From positions 124,001-188,000 of the forward strand of contig OZ024760.1 of NCBI GenBank assembly GCA_964016885.1: 64,000 bases of DNA, given 5' to 3'. A model generated the notes under the pieces. The model saw only the letters and a list, made by a program, of their open reading frames with translations, was not told where the DNA came from and did not search any database. How positions within the stretch are numbered: position 1 is the first letter of the stretch; every line of letters starts with the position of its first letter. The translations under genes were made by a program, and so were the position numbers. Of the stretch, positions 37,135 through 51,014 are shown in pieces. This DNA comes from Eledone cirrhosa (lineage: Eukaryota).

Positions 37135-37499
37135 TACATATATACATACATATATATATATATATACGTATAAGACCCGTGAATAAGACCCGTCCCACCC
37201 TTGCAAGCAGGGAAAAGCGGACGTAAAATGATGATGATGATGATGATGATGATGATGTATATACACATATACATACACACACATATATATACACACACAA
37301 ATATATATATATATATATATATCATCATCATTTAACGTCTATCTTCCACGCTAGCATGAATATACATATATATGCCATAGAAATATGTATTGGAATTTTG
37401 TAACATTAAAAGAATATTTCGAATCTGGCCTCTTCTTTCATTGAAGTACATTTATATATTTATATGTGTATATACTCACCCAATAATAAGGCCTGTACA

Positions 37500-38215
37500 T
37501 GTTTTCCGTGCAAGGTATGTAATTTCCAGAGAGGAGGTTTCTCTTTTATTGTGAAAGTGTAGAATATCTTCCAATGAGAAAATGTTTCTTTATTCCTTTT
37601 TGTAAATGAGGGTTTTATTTACCTATAAAGGTGTACAATATTTTCCAATGACAAAGTATCTATCTACCTTCCTTCTCGCCAATGGTGACTGCTCTCTATC
37701 TGTGAAGGTATGCAATATTTTTCAGTGAAAAATTTTCTATGCATTTACCTTCTTGTAAAAGGAGGAGGTGTGATGCTCTATTTACCTGTGATGGTGTACA
37801 ATATTTTCTAATGACAAACGTTCTATGTACTTTCCATCCTGTAAAGGGGGGCGGTGGGGGTGGAGTGGCGTGGGGGGTTCACTCTAAATACCTGTAAAGG
37901 TGTACAATGACTTCCAATGAAAAGATGTCTCTCTTCCTTCCTGTAAACAGTGAGGTCATGTATCTGTAAAACTCAACAATAAGATGCTGTGAAAAGCTAT
38001 TTGTCTACCTTATGTTTTGTAAATGTTGGTGGTGGGGGGGGGGGGGGGGGGGTTCTATTTACCTGTAAAGGTAGGCAATATTTTGCTGTGAGAAGCTATC
38101 TACCTTCTTTTCTGTAAATGTTGGCAAGGGGGTCTATTCTATTTACCTGTAAATGGTGGTGGAGGGGGGAGGGGCTATTCTATTTACCTTTAAAGGTGTA
38201 CAATATTTTATAGTG
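37500..38215. repeat. Degenerate satellite, ~10 units with core TATTTACCTGTAAAGGTGTACAATATTTT
   Basis: Motif recurs at irregular ~45-105-bp spacing. Confidence 0.65.
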
Positions 38216-38418
38216 AGGCTGTGCTCTTAACTTTCTCTTCTTCCTTTAGAATTTGTGTTTATATTCCTTAAGGCAGCAGGAGAGAAATTAATCCGGATTT
38301 ATAAGGGTTTGTCACAATTGTGACTGTTGTTGTTGATGTTGTCGCTTTGTTATTCCTGGTTTATTGTTGATGTTGCAGTGATAGTGATGGTGCTGGTGCT
38401 GGTGTTTGTGAGGAAGTA

Positions 38419-40915
38419 GTGGTGGTGTTTGTAAAGGTGGTAAGTTGTAGTGGTGGTGTTTGTAAAGGTGGTAGTTGTAGTGGTGGTGTTTGTAAAGGTG
38501 GTAGTTGTAGTGGTGGTGTTTGTGAAGGTGGCAGTTGTGGTGGTGGTGTTTGTAAAGGTGGTAGTTGTAGTGGTGGTGTTTGTAAAGGTGGCAGTTGTGG
38601 TGGTGGTGTTTGTAAAGGTGGTAGTTGTAGTGGTGGTGTTTGTAAAGGTGGCAGTTGTGGTGGTGGTGTTTGTGAAGGTGGCAGTTGTGGTAGTGGTGTT
38701 TGTAAAGGTGGTAGTTGTAGTAGTGGTGTTTGTAAAGGTGGTAGTTGTAGTGGTGGTGTTTGTAAAGGTGGCAGTTGTGGTAGTGGTGTTTGTGAAGGTG
38801 GCAGTTGTGGTAGTGGTGTTTGTAAAAGTGGTAGTTGTAGTGGTGGTGTTTGTAAAGGTGGTAGTTGTAGTGGTGGTGTTTGTAAAAGTGGTAGTTGTAG
38901 TGGTGGTGTTTGTAAAGGTGGTAGTTGTAGTGGTGGTGTTTGTAAAGGTGGTAGTTGTAGTGGTGGTGTTTGTGAAGGTGGTAGTTGTGGTAGTGGTGTT
39001 TGTAAAGGTGGTAGTTGTAGTGGTGGTGTTTGTGAAGGTGGTAGTTGTAGTGGTGGTGTTTGTGAAGGTGGCAGTTGTGGTGGTGGTGTTTGTGAAGGTG
39101 GCAGTTGTGGTAGTGGTGTTTGTAAAAGTGGTAGTTGTAGTGGTGGTGTTTGTAAAGGTGGTAGTTGTAGTGGTGGTGTTTGTAAAAGTGGTAGTTGTAG
39201 TGGTGGTGTTTGTAAAGGTGGTAGTTGTAGTGGTGGTGTTTGTAAAGGTGGTAGTTGTAGTGGTGGTGTTTGTAAAGGTGGTAGTTGTAGTGGTGGTGTT
39301 TGTGAAGGTGGTAGTTGTGGTAGTGGTGTTTGTAAAGGTGGTAGTTGTAGTGGTGGTGTTTGTGAAGGTGGTAGTTGTGGTAGTGGTGTTTGTAAAGGTG
39401 GCAGTTGTGGTAATGGTGTTTGTGAAGGTGGTAGTTGTAGTGGTGGTGTTTGTGAAGGTGGTAGTTGTGGTAGTGGTGTTTGTAAAGGTGGCAGTTGTGG
39501 TAGTGGTGTTTGTAAAGGTGGCAGTTGTGGTAGTGGTGTTTGTAAAGGTGGTAGTTGTAGTGGTCGTGTTTGTGAAGGTGGTAGTTGTGGTAGTGGTGTT
39601 TGTAAAGGTGGTAGTTGTGGTAGTGGTGTTTGTGAAGGTGGCAGTTGTGGTAATGGTGTTTGTGAAGGTGGTAGTTGTAGTGGTGGTGTTTGTAAAGGTG
39701 GCAGTTATGGTGGTGGTGTTTGTGAAGGTGGCAGTTGTGGTAGTGGTGTTTGTAAAGGTGGTAGTTGTAGTGGTGGTGTTTGTAAAGGTGGTAGTTGTAG
39801 TGGTGGTGTTTGTAAAGGTGGCAGTTGTGGTAGTGGTGTTTGTAAAGGTGGTAGTTGTAGTGGTGGTGTTTGTAAAGGTGGTAGTTGTAGTGGTGGTGTT
39901 TGTAAAAGTGGTAGTTGTAGTGGTGGTGTTTGTAAAGGTGGCAGTTGTAGTGGTGGTGTTTGTAAAGGTGGTAGTTGTAGTGGTGGTGTTTGTAAAAGTG
40001 GTAGTTGTAGTGGTGGTGTTTGTAAAGGTGGCAGTTGTGGTAGTGGTGTTTGTAAAGGTGGTAGTTGTAGTGGTGGTGTTTGTAAAGGTGGTAGTTGTAG
40101 TGGTGGTGTTTGTAAAGGTGGCAGTTGTGGTAGTGGTGTTTGTAAAGGTGGTAGTTGTAGTGGTGGTGTTTGTAAAGGTGGTAGTTGTAGTGGTGGTGTT
40201 TGTAAAGGTGGCAGTTGTGGTAGTGGTGTTTGTAAAGGTGGTAGTTGTAGTGGTGGTGTTTGTGAAGGTGGCAGTTGTAGTGGTGGTGTTTGTAAAGGTG
40301 GTAGTTGTAGTGGTGGTGTTTGTGAAGGTGGTAGTTGTAGTGGTGGTGTTTGTAAAGGTGGTAGTTGTAGTGGTGGTGTTTGTGAAGGTGGCAGTTGTGG
40401 TAGTGGTGTTTGTAAAGGTGGTAGTTGTGGTAGTGGTGTTTGTAAAGGTGGTAGTTGTGGTAGTGGTGTTTGTAAAGGTGGCAGTTGTAGTGGTGGTGTT
40501 TGTAAAGGTGGTAGTTGTAGTGGTGGTGTTTGTAAAGGTGGCAGTTGTGGTGGTGGTGTTTGTAAAGGTGGCAGTTGTGGTAATGGTGTTTGTGAAGGTG
40601 GCAGTTGTGGTAGTGGTGTTTGTAAAGGTGGCAGTTGTGGTAGTGGTGTTTGTGAAGGTGGCAGTTGTAGTGGTGGTGTTTGTAAAGGTGGCAGTTGTGG
40701 TAGTGGTGTTTGTGAAGGTGGCAGTTGTAGTGGTGGTGTTTGTGAAGGTGGCAGTTGTGGTAGTGGTGTTTGTGAAGGTGGCAGTTGTAGTGGTGGTGTT
40801 TGTGAAGGTGGTAGTTGTAGTGGTGGTGTTTGCGAAGGTGGCAGTTGTAGTGGTGGTGTTTGTGAAGGTGGCAGTTGTGGTAGTGGTGTTTGTGAAGGTG
40901 GTAGTTGTGGTAGTG
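38419..40915. repeat. 30-bp minisatellite, ~83 units, no internal indels
   Basis: Unit GGTGGTGTTTGTRAAGGTGGYAGTTGTRGT stays in register over ~2.5 kb. Confidence 0.97.
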
Positions 40916-41289
40916 TTTATGGTGATGGGGCTTTCATGGAAGTAGTAAGGGTGTTGTTGTTATTGGTGGTGGTGGTGGTAGTGGTGGTGGTGGTAGTGGT
41001 GGTAGTGGTGGTGGTGGTGGTAGTGGTGGTAGTGGTGGTGGTGGTGGTAGTGGTGGTGGTGGTGGTGGTGGTGGTGGTAGTGGTGGTAGTGGTGGTAGTG
41101 GTGGTGGTGGTAGTGGTGGTAGTGGTAGTGGTGGTGGTGGTAGTGGTGGTAGTGGTGGTGGTGGTAGTGGTGGTGGTGGTAGTGGTGGTAGTGGTGGTGG
41201 TGATTTTGTAGGGTTTTATTTTGCTGGTGATGGTGTTGTGTTAATGAAATAGAAGCAGTTGTTGTTGTTGTTTTGGTGGTGGTGGTGTG

Positions 41290-42150
41290 AGGGACTCCAG
41301 GTAAAGTTGTTGAGTGTGAGACCAAGTATCCTTGAGTGAGAGATTCCAGGTGATATTGAGTGTGACGTTACGTAAGCTTGAGTGAAAGACTCCAGGTGTG
41401 ACTAAGTGATGGGCTTGAGGTAAAACTGAATGAAAGACGCCAGGTGAGATTGGGTGAGACTCCAGGTAAGATTGAGTGAGACTCCAGGTAAAACTGAGTG
41501 AAAGACTTTAGTTGAGATTGAGGGATACTCCAGGTAAAATTGAGTGAGACACTAGGTGAGATTGAGTGTGCCTCCTGTGTGAGACTCCAGGCTGGATTGA
41601 GTGAGACTCACGTGAGATTGAGTGAGACACTAGGTGAGATTGAGTGAAAACTCCAGGTAAGATTGAGTGAGACACTAGGTGAGATTGAGTGTCACTCCAG
41701 GTAAAACTGAGTGAAAGACTTTAAGTGAGATTGAGTGATACTCCAGGTAAAATTGAGTGAGACTAGGTAAGATTGAATGTGACTCCAGGTAAGATTGAGA
41801 GAGACACTAGTTAAGATTGAGTGAAACTCCAGATAAGATTGAGTGAGGCACTAGGTGAGATTGAGTGTCACTCCAGGTAAGATTGAGTGTGACTCCTGTG
41901 TGAGACTCCAGGTAAGATTGAGTGAGACACTAGGTAAGATTGAGTGAAACTACAGGTAAGATTGAGTGAGACTCAGGTAAGATTGAGTGAGACACTAGGT
42001 AAGATTGAGTGAGACTTAGGTAAAATTGAGTGAGGCACTAGGTAAGATTGAGTGAGACTCAGGTAAGATTGAGTGGGGCACTAGGTAAGATTGAGCGTGA
42101 CTCCTATGTGAGACTCCAGGTAAGAAATGAATGAGTCTCCAGGTAAGAAA
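41290..42150. repeat. ~21-22-bp degenerate satellite GAGACTCCAGGTAAGATTGAGT
   Basis: Direct reading. Confidence 0.9.
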
Positions 42151-42234
42151 GCTGCAAATTGAGGTGTCACCTGTTGTATAAACCATCTACTGAACTGTAA
42201 GATGGCTGCTTTTCTGAATGAAAGGATATTGGAG

Positions 42235-43800
42235 TATGGTGGCGTGGTGGTAGTAGTAGTGTGGTGGTGGTGTGGTAGTAGTGTGGTCGTGGTCGTGGTA
42301 GTGTATTGAGGTAGTAGTATGGTATGGTGTGCTGTGGTAGTGTGGTTGTGGTGGTGTGGTAGTAGTAGTGTGGTGTGGTCGTGGTGGTGGTAGTGATGGT
42401 GGTGCGGTGTGGTGGTGGTGTGGTGTGATGGTAGTAGTGTGGTGTGGTGGTGGTGGTGGTGTGGTGGTAGTGTGGTGTTAGTAGTATGTTGGTGGTGGAG
42501 GTGGTGGTGTGGTGTGTCGGTGGTGGTAGTGTTGTGTGTTGTGGTGATGGTGGTGATGGTGGTAGTGGTGGTAGTATGGTGTTGGTGGTGTATTGTGGTG
42601 GTGGTAGTGATGGTGGAGGTGCGGTGTGGTGGTGGTATGGTGTGGTGGTGGTAGTGTGATGTGATGGTAGTGTGGTGTGGTGGTGGTAGTGATGGTGGTG
42701 GTGTGTTGTGGTGGTGGTGGTGTGATGGTGGTTGTGGTGGTATGGTGATGGTAGTGTGGTGGTGTGGTGGTGTGGTGATGGTGGTGTGGTGTGTTGGTGA
42801 TGGTAGTGGTGTATATTTATAATGAGGTATGTATGTGTGTGTGTGCAAGTATGTATAGTATGTGTGTGTATGATGTGTATGTGTATGCAAGTATGTATAG
42901 TATGATATGTATGTGTGTGTCTGAGTGTGTGTGTAAATATGTATAGTATAATGTGTGTGTATGAATGTATAGGATGACGTGTGTATGTATGTATAGTATG
43001 TGTGTGGTGTGGTGTGTATATATTTATAGATGATGTGTGTGTTTGTTATGTATTGTTTATTGTCCTCGTGAAACTAACTTCTGTGCGTGTGTGTGCACGT
43101 GTGTGTGTGTGTGCATGCATGTGTATGTGTGTGTCTACACGTGTTGTATGCTTTTGTTTGAGTATTGCGTATGAGCGGAAATCTGTGCATGTTTGTGTGT
43201 AGACTGTTCTGTGTTGGGGATAGGGTGGGTGGGGTGGTCAGGTGTTGGTGGGGGTGGGATGGTCAGCTGTGTGTGGGGGTGGGGTGGTCAGGGGGTAGGG
43301 GGGTCAGATGTTGGGGGGGGGGGGTGTCAGTTGGGGGGGGGTGGGGGTATTGAAAATAGCAAGGGAAGACAAAAATGATGATGATGGCATTATTGGTAGT
43401 AGTGATAGTGACAGTGGTGATAATAATTGTGGAGATGGTGTAGGTGGTGTTGGTGGTGGTGGTGATGGTAGTAGTGGTGTTGGTGATGGTGATGGCAGTA
43501 GCGGTGTTGGTGATGGCAGTAGCGGTGTTGGTGGTGGTGATGGCAGTAGCGGTGGTGGTGGTGGTGGTGATGGCAGTAGTGGTGTTGGTGGTGGTGGTGG
43601 TGGTGGTGGTGATGGCAGTAGTGGTGATGATGATAATAGTGGAGGCGGTGGCGGTGGTGATGGCAGTAGTGGTGTCGGTGGTGATGGCTGTAGTGGTTAT
43701 GATGATAATGACAGTGGTAATGATAGTGGAGGTGGTGGTGATGATGATAATAGTGGAGGTGGTGGCAGTGGTGATGATAATTATGGAGATGGTGGTGAAG
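42235..43800. repeat. G/T-rich low-complexity region
   Basis: GGT/GTG/GAT triplet mosaics. Confidence 0.85.
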
Positions 43801-44517
43801 AAGAAGAAAAAGAAAAAGACAACAAAAAAATGCGATTTCTTTTGTTTTTCCTTGTCTTTTTCTCCTTCCTTCTTTCCTTTCTTCTTTTCCTTCTTTTTCT
43901 CTCTTTATATCTTTACAACCCCCTCCCTCCTCAGCTGTTCCTCCAGCTAAAAAAAGGTTTATAAAAATAGGTGTTTATTATAGCTGTAAACAATACTTTA
44001 TGTACCAACTCCACCAACATGCCGGTAACCAATATAAATTTACCCCATAACTGCATCATACTAAACATTTAACCCTTTAGCATTTAAACCAGCTGTATCC
44101 AGCCAGAGTTCTCTCACCTTCTTCTGTTCAAACTGGCCATAACCAGCTGCTCATATTTATGTTAAGGTATTGTTCTGAAAATAAATAATATCGAAATCTC
44201 AGAGATTCAATATTTTGTGAGATAATTATGTAAGATAAAGCCTTTACCACAAAAATACAATAGTAAATATAGAGAAATGTAAATGCTAAAGGGTTAACCT
44301 GGCTGTAACTGGCCAATCATACTGATGTTAAGGTATTGTTCTCAAAATAAACAACATCAAAATCTCATAGATTCCATATTATGTGAGATAATTATGTAAG
44401 ATAAAGCCTTTGCCACAAAAATACAATAGTAAATATAGAGTAATGTAAATGCTTATGGGTTAAGTCTTTATTCTAATACTGTAAATTTTCACCCTGATCT
44501 GTCCACTAGTAAAAATA

Positions 44518-44848
44518 TAGCGGAATTTCGGTTCATGTACGCCTCTCATCACAAGCAAATCAGTTCACGAATAATTTTTCTGAACATAAAATGTCTTGGT
44601 TCACGAGAGGTGAATACACAAGCCAGCAACAACGGTTGGCAACAAGGTGGGAGTATCGGCAGGAACGCATCACTTGCTGTGTAGTTAGTGGTTATGGTGG
44701 TGATGTTTATCTGTCTATCTGTCTTTCACACAGTCTCTCTCTCTCTCACTGTATTTCTCTCTCAACATTTCGTATGGGAAAAATAGTTTTGGTTTACGGA
44801 CATTTCAGATGACAAACAGCCTTCCAGAATGGAACCAAGGTTCCACTG
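44518..44848. mobile_element. pogo/Tigger-like MITE inserted in a ~140-bp tandem repeat (44463-45200)
   Basis: TA-TAGCGGAATTTCGGTTC ... GAACCAAGGTTCCACTG-TA; the empty site AAATATACTAT is visible in the neighbouring repeat units. Confidence 0.65.
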
Positions 44849-45480
44849 TACTATCAATATTTGATTTAACCAACCATAATAAACCACATAAGCAAACTAG
44901 TCTTGAAAAGTACAAAACAGCCCTATGAATGCCTCATAAGAAAATTTTAAATCTTTATTCTTATACTGTAAATTTTCACCATCTGTCCACTAGTAAATAT
45001 ACTATAAACATTTAATTTAACCAACCATAGTAAATCACATTAGCAAACAATTCTTGAAAAGTACAAAACAGCTCTATGCCTGCATCATACTAAAAGTCTT
45101 TATTCTAATACTGTAAATATTCACCATCTGTCCACTAGTAAATATACTATAAACACTTGATTTAACCAACCACAAGAAAAACCATTAGCAAACTATTTTT
45201 GATTGCATTAACACTTTAGCATTTACATTATTCTATATTTACTATTGCATTTTCATGGTAAAAGCTTTATCATTCATATGAATGACTGGTTATGGCTGCT
45301 TTAAACAAACCTGTTTTTAGACATTTTCTGCTAAATCATTATAGGGCGTCAAGAATTAATACTGGAGATTTATCCTACTTAGTCTTTATTCTAATATTTT
45401 TTTAGAGAAAGGCCTTAAATTTCATAATGTTTAGGACCTCAGTAGGTGAAAGTCCAGTCCTGAACATTGTCTCTCTAAAT

Positions 45481-45831
45481 CAGAGGTTCTCAAAGTGGGC
45501 GCTACTCCCCCCCCCCCCCTCCCCCAGGGGGCATTGAGAAGGTCTAGTGGGTGCCGGGCCTAAGAATGCAGTGGGGAGTGGTAGAGATGATATAATAGTA
45601 TATTAAATATCAAATGATACATATTATATATAACATGGTAAAATAAAAAATATATAATATTTATTTATACATAGTATATATTATAGTATTTATTATATAT
45701 AAATTAATGATTTTATTTATTATATATTATTTACAATTTGCATGTAGGCAGGTCTCTCTGAAAATAGGGTTGGGGGCGCTGAGGGTATTACTTGAGGTGG
45801 GGCAGTGGCTCAAAAAGTTTGAAAACCTGTG
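45481..45831. mobile_element. hAT MITE
   Basis: CAGAGGTTCTCAAA / TTTGAAAACCTGTG TIRs; 8-bp TSD CTCTAAAT/CTTTAAAT. Confidence 0.8.
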
Positions 45832-46499
45832 CTTTAAATCATTACAGGATGTTTGGAGTTAAAGACACGCTCCTTACCTTGCTTTTACATGGTCATGGTC
45901 ATCCATTAAACGTGTCACAGTCACGCCAGCAAAATAGTTGACCTATTTTCATGTTTGACGATTAAATTTCTGATGAAGAGTTTGATGGCTTTGGTATTAG
46001 ACAGAACAAACAATGTCAGTAGAAAATCCATTACATAGTGTCTTCGAGGATAAATATATCAATGGCTTGGTTTGCAGTTGACAATAATATTGAAGTAACC
46101 CATTGTTTTTCTTCTTGAATTCAAGAGATTATCATCATCATCTCCACCATTTAATCCTTTAGTATTTAAACTGGCGATATCCAGCCAGAATTCTCTCACC
46201 ACTTTCTGTTGAAGCCAGGTGTAACCTGCCCCTCATACCAACATTAAGGTATTCTTCTCAAAATAAATAATATTAAAATCTCATAGATTCAATATTATGT
46301 GAGATAATTATGTGAGATAAAGCCTTTACCACAGATATACAATAGTAAATATAGAGCAATGTGAATGCTAAAGGGTTAATGTCAGTTTTCCATGAGTGGT
46401 CACCTACAGAGGCTAGGCAGGTCAGGTGACTATGTTTTACTCACAGGCTCCTTTTTTGGTTCAGTTTTCAACAGCTAGATAGGCTCTTCCCACCACCTT

Positions 46500-47100
46500 T
46501 CACTTGAAAACATGTACTGGGAGCATTTTATTGTGGCACCAGCATTACCAGCACATGCAGTGGACTAGGTGCTTTTTGGCATGGCAGAAGCCCATATAGG
46601 GTGGACTGGGTGCTTTTTGTCATGATACTACTACTACCACCTTACAGAGTGGACTGTGTGCTTTTTATCATGGCACTACTGTTTTACAGGGTAGACTGGG
46701 TGTGTTTTGTTGTGGCAACAGTATTACCAACATATACAGTGGACTGGTGCTTTTTTCCATGCTTTCCAAAGTTGGGTGCGTTTTTTGTCATGGCAGAAGC
46801 TCTACACCACCACCACCACCTTACAGAGTGGACTGCATGCTTCTTATCATGGCACCAACACAGGGTACTCTGACAGGGTGGACTGCATGCTTTTTGCTGT
46901 GGCATCGGGACTGCTACAACAGGGTTGACTGGGTGTTTTTTGTCATGACACTACTACTACCACCTTACAGAGTGGACAGGGTGCTTTTGTCAAGACATCG
47001 ACACTACCACTTTACATAGTGGACTGGGTGCTTTTTATCATGACTTCAGCACTACCACCTTACAGAGTAAAGTGGGTGTTTTTTGTTGTAGCACAAGCAC
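46500..47100. repeat. Degenerate ~45-50-bp tandem array derived from the RTE/SINE tail unit
   Basis: Recurring TTACAGAGTGGACTGGGTGCTTTTT..CATGGCAC. Confidence 0.75.
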
Positions 47101-47540
47101 ATGGAATACAGTCTGTTGTAGTTACACAGTCTGTTGTAGTTACACAAACACACACATGCATACATACACACACACACATGTATACACACTATATATATAC
47201 ATACATATGTATCATCATCATTTCATTTTACATCCGCTTTCCCTGCTTGCAAGGGTGGGACGGGAACTGATTTTGGCTTGATTTCTACAGCTGGATGCCC
47301 TTCCTAACACCAACCTCATTTACAGTGAGTGCTGGGTGCTTTTTTGCCGTGGCGCCTACACGTCCACTTTGCAGTGGAATGATAGGGACCCCAGTCCCTA
47401 TCATCTCATTTCTACAGCTGAGTAAACTGGAGCAATGTGAAATAAAGTGTCTTGCTCAAGGAAACAACACATCACCCGGTCTGAGAATTGAGCTCACAAC
47501 CTTTCGATTGCAAACCCAATGCTCTAACCAATAAGCCATG

Positions 47541-47683
<143 letters not shown>

Positions 47684-47810
47684 AAAGTTTTATTTAAAAT
47701 TGTTGGGTTACAACAAGTAAATATTTTATAACTGATATAAAGCACTCGACAAGTTTTGGAGTAGATATACGATATTAAACAAATGGAAACTATATTTATA
47801 AAACCATATT

Positions 47811-47876
47811 TATTTCATTATACATATTTCGGGGATACCATATTAAAAATATGGCATGCCTTCTTCAGATAAAATA
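47811..47876 (-). ncRNA. Type-I hammerhead ribozyme (left arm copy)
   Basis: Mirror image of 52639-52704. Confidence 0.75.
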
Positions 47877-49313
47877 CGATATATAAACAGTTTTATAAAT
47901 AATTTTGACGTACCATAAATATTGAGCAACCGTTATGTAGGAAGCTGGTTTGGTAGTGAGATGCTTATAAATATTTAGTGTTAAGCACAGTTAAAAAGAA
48001 AGACGGAGAAAAAGAAGAAATGTATGTAAAGAAAAACAGAGAGAAATAGAGAGAGATAGGGGAGAGAGAAATAGTGAGGAGGTGAAAAAAGAGATGCAGC
48101 TGAAGGCAACAGATGAATAATAATAATTCATCATACAAAATTGAGAGATTTAGGAGGGAGGGAGTACTGTAATTATTTAGTTATAGTGTTAAGGACAGTT
48201 ACGGAGGAGACGGAGAGAAATAAAAAATGAAGAGAAAACAGAGAGAGAGAAAGATAGAGGTGGGGGGGGGGGAGAAAGAGGTAGAACAAATAATAATAAT
48301 TATATAGGGGGAGGTGAAAATCAAGAGAGAAATACAAGAGAGAAATAGGAGAGACAGATACATAGACTTCATCATATATAAAGAGGGAGAAGAAGAAAGC
48401 TATATCTAGAGAGAGGGATGATAGATTTACATCTTTATGTTATGTCCTATCAATTTGAATTATCAATTCATATGAACTGGGTAATATAATGTAAATATCA
48501 ATATTCATGAATGAGACATAGATATATAATGTGTGAAAATAATTTTGCTCAATAATGACCATATGTTTAGTTTAAAATTCTGAGGTCGATGTATCAAAAA
48601 CTGAGATAAAAACTTCAAAAAAATATATAAGTATATACATACACATGCACTTTCCGGAAAAGGAAAGAAAGAGAGAAAGAGAAGGTTATCTCAAGAAATT
48701 ACAGAGTTGATCACGTAAAATCATAAAAATCATGCGTATGTCTATAATAGACATACGCATGATTTTTATGATTTTACGTGATCAACTCTGTAATTTCTTG
48801 TTTCACAAAAAAAAAAAAAAATTTTTTTTTCCTTGTGTTATAAAAGATTTCACTATACATAAAAAAATAAACGATTAATATTCTTGCCCTCACATACATG
48901 ATTATCGTTCATGTATAGAATATTATGCATATCTGTAACATATCCAGAACTATACCCACACATACATATAGGTATATATGTATATATATATGCACACATA
49001 CATGTACATGGACAGATAAAATATACTCTGTAATCATTCCATATGCATATTAATACATATGGCCTTTGTACAGAGACAACCAGATATCAATATATCAGCA
49101 CAGAAATATCGAAACGTTAAAATATTTTCATCACTCCCTAGAGTATCTCGGGCCACAAAAAACACAGTATACCCCCTATATCAACCACAGAAATCTACCC
49201 TTCCAATTTATCTGACAATATATTGCCAAGTTCATTAGAAGCAATCAGAATCAAAAAGCAAACAAAAAACCAAAAATTACTCAACAAAACTCATTTAGCA
49301 GAAATCATTTAAA

Positions 49314-51014
49314 CCCAAGATCAATATGAAAGATCACAAAAGAAATTTTGAAAATGATTTGCCAGTCAGATTGATTGCACCATCAAAATCTGACCTGGGT
49401 AAACTTAGCAAAAACATTCTAGACAGGGTGATACAGCAAATTAAAAACTTACATAATTTACCTAACTTAAACTTATGGAAGGGAACTGGTGAGGTTATTG
49501 AGTGGTTTAAAGAAATTAAATATAACAATAATAATAAATTTATTCAACTAGATATTGCTAACTACTATTCATCTATTACTCCTAATCTACTGAATAAGGC
49601 ACTAAATTACGCATTCAAACATACAGACCTAACTAGCAATGAAATGCACATTATATTATCGGCAAGGAAAACATTGATAGAATTTAATAACCAACTATGG
49701 ACTAGGGCAGATAGAGATAATAATTTCGACATTACTATGGGATCATCTGACTCAGCTCAGGTAACGGACCTTGTGGGCCTATTTATAATTAATTCGCTGC
49801 ATGGTGTAACCGGAGGATTATATCGTGATGACATGCTTTTACTTATTGAAAATAATAACTCTGAACTAAATAGAAAAAGAAAACAAATTATACAATTTTT
49901 TTAATTACCTTAATCTAAAAATAGAAATAGAGAATAACCATAGAATAGTCAATTTCCTAGATGTAACACTAAATCTCAACACATGTCTTCACTATCCATT
50001 TCACAAACTAAATGAAAACTTGAATTATGTCAATTTTAACTCTAATCACCCCAGATCTGTTAAAAATACTATAGTGAACTCTGTTCAAGAACGTATCTCA
50101 ACAATTTCATCTAATAAAAATATTTTCGACGAAAAAGCGCAGTATTACAATGAAGCGTTAGCTAGAGCAGTGATAAAATTAGCTAGAGCAGTGATATAGT
50201 GATAAAATTAAGTACATCGATAATAATAGGCAAACTAACCAAAATAATAACAATTTTAATTACGGTAACAACTTTAACAACTATAATAGAAAACATTACA
50301 ATAATTCCAAAAGCCGGAAAAGAAATAGAACTAGAAATATAATATGGTTTGCCCCCCCCCCTTTCTCACTAAATATTAAAACCCACATTGCTAAACTATT
50401 TTTTAATGCTCTTGACAAACGCTTCCCTAGAACACATAAATATCACTCAATTTTTAATAGACATACTATAAAATTAACTTACTCGTCCACCAAAAATTTA
50501 GCACAAAATATTAACAGAATAAATAATAGGAATCTAAAACCTAACCAAAATACGATAATAACCAAAACAATATTCAATTAAACAACTGTAACTGTAGAAA
50601 TAAATCTAAATGTCCGTTAAATAACAATTGCTTAGTTAAAAATATAATATACAATTGTAATGTTAAAACTAACTTAAATTCTTTTAACTATGTTGGTTCC
50701 ACCTCGATAGAATTTAAACTTCGCTACAATAATCATAAGAATTCTTTCACAGATCCAAACAAAAAATCTTCAACCTCACTATCAGGCTTACTCTGGCAAC
50801 TTAAACGAGATAATGTTGGGTATTCGATATTTTGGAATATTGTCTCAAGAGGGATTCCTTTTAATTCCTCATCTGAGACATGTGACCTCTGTGTGGAGGA
50901 GATATTCTTTATATTAAAATTAAAAATTCCCTTAATTTAAGGAGCAATTTATTCAGTTGCTGCAGACATAGATTGAACTCAACGTTTAAATATAAATATA
51001 AATTTAAAATGTAG
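49314..51014 (+). pseudogene. PLE reverse transcriptase + GIY-YIG endonuclease, frameshifted
   Basis: KDHK..F...RLI.PSKSD, LDIANYYSSI, DITMGSSDSA, GLYRDD, FLDVTL, SNHP; linker CNCRNKSKCPL; NIIY..YVGST..FKLRYNNH; CDLCVEE; CRH. Confidence 0.92.

Noticed and set aside
38419-41211. 930-aa Cys/Gly keratin-associated-like protein
   Set aside because: No ATG start or signal peptide, runs into a (GGT)n microsatellite, and unit variants are mostly non-synonymous in this frame.
43308-43964. Gly/Asp/Ser-rich ORF
   Set aside because: Low-complexity triplet mosaic without exon evidence.
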